A stretch of DNA of 7,837 nucleotides from Candidatus Iainarchaeum sp. GTDB taxonomy: Archaea > Iainarchaeota > Iainarchaeia > Iainarchaeales > 0-14-0-20-34-12. Positions 5,665 through 7,837 of this stretch are shown here, piece by piece (the stretch's first letter is position 1; every line of letters starts with the position of its first letter). Both the position numbers and the translations under genes were made by a program. Below the pieces are notes generated by a model, which was not told the DNA's origin, did not search any database, and saw only the letters and a program-made list of their open reading frames with translations. The stretch is from NCBI GenBank assembly GCA_030649345.1, contig JAUSKK010000021.1, positions 1-7,837 of the forward strand, given 5' to 3'.

Positions 5665-5868
5665 CGGCCTTTTCTTTCTTTGCGAAAGAAAGAAAATGTA
5701 CGTTGCCAAAAGAAAGAACTGTGTGCCTTTCAGGCACTGGCTTTCGATTGGTTGAATTAGTCCGGTATATTTCTGTGCTGCTTTAGCACGATTAAAACGT
5801 GTTCGTTTTAATGTGCATTAAGCCTTTGGCTTAATTGCAGCACGTGCTATCAACCGGCACCCCGGTTG
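5665..5868 (+). ncRNA. 204-nt structured intron of tRNA-Ser(GGA): module copy C, a three-way junction and a terminal hairpin
   Basis: Module 5665-5741. Closing stem GTGCTGC 5775-5781 / GCAGCAC 5837-5843 encloses hairpins 5786-5816 (13 bp, TGTT loop) and 5819-5833 (TAAGCC-TTT-GGCTTA). Terminal hairpin is CAACCGG-CACC-CCGGTTG 5851-5868. Confidence 0.75.
5670..5718 (+). repeat. Module copy C: Y 5670-5681, loop GCG, R1 5685-5696, linker TGTACGTTGCC 5697-5707, R2 5708-5718
   Basis: Y=TTTTCTTTCTTT, R1=AAAGAAAGAAAA, R2=AAAAGAAAGAA, the mirror of R1. Confidence 0.8.
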
Positions 5869-5916
5869 AGCTAGATCCTTTACGGGATACGCGAGTTCGA
5901 ATCTCGTTCTCTGCGA

Positions 5917-5928
5917 TTTCCTTTTTTT
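5917..5928 (+). terminator. Oligo-T terminator after tRNA-Ser(GGA)
   Basis: TTTCC followed by a T7 run at 5922-5928, directly after the discriminator. Confidence 0.55.
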
Positions 5929-5978
5929 CCAACACTGACACACGAAGCTTAATATAGTACAGCTTCAGGAGTGTGAGT

Positions 5979-7226
5979 ATGAAGGAAAATTTGGGAGAAA
6001 CATTCAAAGACAAAGTAGACATCTATAACTATCCTAAAAAGATTAAACGTCAACTAGAGAAACTAAATGAATTAGATGCACATAATTCTAAACTAATTTT
6101 GGATTTCTATCGAACTTATTGCATTTCAAATAATCTAACCCATCCAAGAACCTTTAAGGCACTGAATACCCTTTACTTGATTGCAAAACGCACTCAATGT
6201 CCTTTAGACAATATTACGCTTGATGTAATTCGTGAACTAAAAGCTCAATTGCGAGAAAAAAAGTTATCTGACTTCACAGTGAATGACTATGTTACTCATA
6301 TCAAAACATATTTGATTCACTTAGATAAGAAGAAATATGCTGACTTACTGGATTCTAGGGAACTTAAGTTCATTGATGGATATAAAACAAAAGCAAAGCT
6401 TACGACTGATGACTTATGCAATGAACAAGACCTTAGAAATATTTTAACTGCCTGTAAAAACACGTATGAGTCTGTTTTGGCTTATTTACTTATTGAATCT
6501 GCTTGCAGAATTTCTGAGTTAATGAATATTCGAATCAAAGACTTAAAGTTTGATGAAAATGGATGTGACGCTGAAATTACTAAAAGTAAAACTGCAACAG
6601 GTGTTCGAACTATTCGTTTAGTTCAATCTCGTCAAATATTGCAAAAATGGCTTGAAGAACATCCACAGCGAACTGACAGAACTGCATTGGTTTTGCTTTC
6701 GCCTAAAGGAAGAGTTTATTCTTATGCAGCCGTGAAGAAAATTTGGAAAGCAGTAATCAAACGTGCTGGAATTGATGCAAGTAAGTTAACTAATTTTCAT
6801 GCTTATCGTGCTCTTCGCTACACTGCACTAGAATCTTCTGGTAAGTTGTCTCAAATGGAAATCAATATGCATATGGGTTGGAGTGCACAAGGTGGAGCTA
6901 GACAAGCTCAACGATACTCAAGACATTCTTACAATAACCTAAAACAAAAAATGAATGAATTAAATGGAATTATTAAACCTAAAGAAATTGAAAGAAAAAA
7001 TCAGTTTGAAAATAAAGTTTGTTTAAGCTGCTTTTCTGTTTATGATACAATCGCTATGTTTTGTAAAAAATGTAATATTCCATTAGATGAAAGTTTAAAG
7101 AAAAAGAAAGAATTATTCGAAAAAAGCGAACTAATCGAGTATGCTGCAGGAAAAGAAAAACTAAAACAATACATTTTCGAAATAATGGAAGAATACTTCA
7201 AAGAGAAAGGGGTTATTGCTGATTAG
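5979..7226 (+). CDS. Tyrosine recombinase / integrase with a C-terminal zinc-ribbon extension
   Basis: Catalytic pattern: R (ESACRISEL), K (TKSKTATGVRTI), H-x-x-R (FHAYRALR), W in place of the second His (MGWS), Y (QRYSRH). CxxC-x10-CxxC at 7020-7073. Start placed at ATG 5979, preceded by AGGAG (5967-5971), rather than GTG 5973. Confidence 0.85.
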   Translation: MKENLGETFKDKVDIYNYPKKIKRQLEKLNELDAHNSKLILDFYRTYCISNNLTHPRTFKALNTLYLIAKRTQCPLDNITLDVIRELKAQLREKKLSDFTVNDYVTHIKTYLIHLDKKKYADLLDSRELKFIDGYKTKAKLTTDDLCNEQDLRNILTACKNTYESVLAYLLIESACRISELMNIRIKDLKFDENGCDAEITKSKTATGVRTIRLVQSRQILQKWLEEHPQRTDRTALVLLSPKGRVYSYAAVKKIWKAVIKRAGIDASKLTNFHAYRALRYTALESSGKLSQMEINMHMGWSAQGGARQAQRYSRHSYNNLKQKMNELNGIIKPKEIERKNQFENKVCLSCFSVYDTIAMFCKKCNIPLDESLKKKKELFEKSELIEYAAGKEKLKQYIFEIMEEYFKEKGVIAD

Positions 7227-7821
7227 TTAACTTTTGTTTGTTTGATTTATTAACTAAATATACACTTATTTCTACAAATTCATTTATTTTATTTTCTTTC
7301 CACATCTCTAAGTCTTTCACGTATTTAATATTCCCTGTATTTTTTTTTCTAAAATTAAATTTGATTGAATGGGCATAGTCATTTATTTTTTGTTTTATTT
7401 TAGACTCACTGTCACTGCGTTCAATAGAAAAATTATTTGCAAGTTTTTTTATGGTTTGATTAAAATTATCTTTTTTTATAAGCTGAACTAAGTTAATAAT
7501 TAATTCATTAACTATGTCTTTGTTAACGCGTTTGTCTTCTATTAAGCCTTTACAAATATCACGTTCTAAATCAGCTACTTTTGTATCTTTTGCGGCGTTA
7601 TTTAAAAAAAATAACCTCGAAATTGGATTATTCCAATAATTGACCATTTTCTTAATAACTGTTCCTTTTTCATATTGCCAAATAATACTTTCTATTAAAA
7701 ATGATAAATCTGTGTAAAAATAAATAGTTTCTTTGTTTTTATTTGTTTTACTAATTTCCTTAGAAAAAAATGGTTGCGTTAAAAATTTGTTGAGCCATTC
7801 ATTTTTGTTTAAGGAATACAC
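7213..7821 (-). CDS. Hypothetical protein, Lys/Asn/Ile-rich, element cargo; N-terminus may lie beyond the window
   Basis: Long ORF convergent with the integrase and overlapping it by 14 nt. The annotated start is GTG, and the frame stays open upstream to 7837. Confidence 0.5.
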   Translation of the reverse strand: MYSLNKNEWLNKFLTQPFFSKEISKTNKNKETIYFYTDLSFLIESIIWQYEKGTVIKKMVNYWNNPISRLFFLNNAAKDTKVADLERDICKGLIEDKRVNKDIVNELIINLVQLIKKDNFNQTIKKLANNFSIERSDSESKIKQKINDYAHSIKFNFRKKNTGNIKYVKDLEMWKENKINEFVEISVYLVNKSNKQKLTNQQ

Positions 7822-7837
7822 AAGTTGTTGGTTTACG

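Larger units (their letters stand above)
5627..5915 (+). tRNA. tRNA-Ser(GGA), class II, intron-containing (exons 5627-5664 and 5869-5915; junction uncertain by 1 nt)
   Basis: Acceptor GCAGAGA/TCTCTGC. D stem GCG/CGC. Anticodon stem CTAGC (5654-5658) / GCTAG (5870-5874), loop CT-GGA-A...A. 16-nt variable region with ATCC/GGAT stem. T arm GCGAG-TTCGAAT-CTCGT. Discriminator G5915. No CCA. Confidence 0.87.
5916..7837. mobile_element. Left end of an integrated element (provirus, plasmid or island) inserted at tRNA-Ser(GGA); continues past the window
   Basis: The integrase gene starts 63 nt after the tRNA 3' end and is followed by a very A/T-rich orphan ORF. tRNA 3' ends are classic att sites. Confidence 0.55.

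Noticed and set aside
212-5741. CRISPR array or MITE interpretation of the three repeated modules
   Set aside because: There are only three copies, they are not regularly spaced (two are over 5 kb apart), they vary in length, and they have no flanking terminal inverted repeats or target-site duplications. Two sit precisely at tRNA splice sites, which points to an RNA-level element.
385-5975. Non-ATG starts used by the ORF track (TTG 385, TTG 2346, TTG 3761, GTG 5973)
   Set aside because: Each has an in-frame ATG 2-8 codons downstream with better context: a family-typical N-terminus, spacing to the upstream stop, or the AGGAG motif before 5979. I moved the starts to the ATGs, but the longer forms cannot be excluded.
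5386-6022. ORFs 5386..5709 (-), 5561..5755 (+) and 5831..6022 (-)
   Set aside because: They overlap module copy B, the leader, and the tRNA-Ser(GGA) exons and intron. Their peptides are low complexity. The RNA structures explain the sequence better. No LAGLIDADG or other homing-endonuclease motif, so the intron is not an endonuclease-coding mobile intron.

Overview
Low-GC archaeal chromosomal segment. Evidence for archaeal origin: archaeal-type riboflavin synthase and CTP-dependent riboflavin kinase, class II tRNA-Ser genes with G73 and no encoded CCA, oligo-T terminators, A/T-box promoters. A small-genome (DPANN-like) lineage is only an inference. Housekeeping genes are an orphan protein, an IMPase-family phosphatase, a polytopic membrane protein, a ribK-ribC-ribH riboflavin operon on the minus strand, a GT2 glycosyltransferase and an MscS channel. 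They are tightly packed, with several convergent 3' overlaps. The interesting part is RNA. There are two tRNA-Ser genes, UGA at 172-360 and GGA at 5627-5915. Each is interrupted after the anticodon by an unusually long, ORF-less, highly structured intron of 102 and 204 nt. Both introns, plus a third copy just upstream of tRNA-Ser(GGA), open with the same module. It consists of a polypyrimidine/polypurine hairpin, the linker TGTA(A/C)GTT-GCC, a second purine tract that mirrors the first, and a GC hairpin. The positions of the C and G residues co-vary across all three strands in all three copies. This suggests a triple-strand interaction or a two-state helix switch. The roughly 206 nt preceding tRNA-Ser(GGA) are a structural paralog of its own intron. 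A tyrosine integrase with a C-terminal zinc ribbon starts 63 nt after tRNA-Ser(GGA). It marks the left edge of an integrated element that runs off the window.
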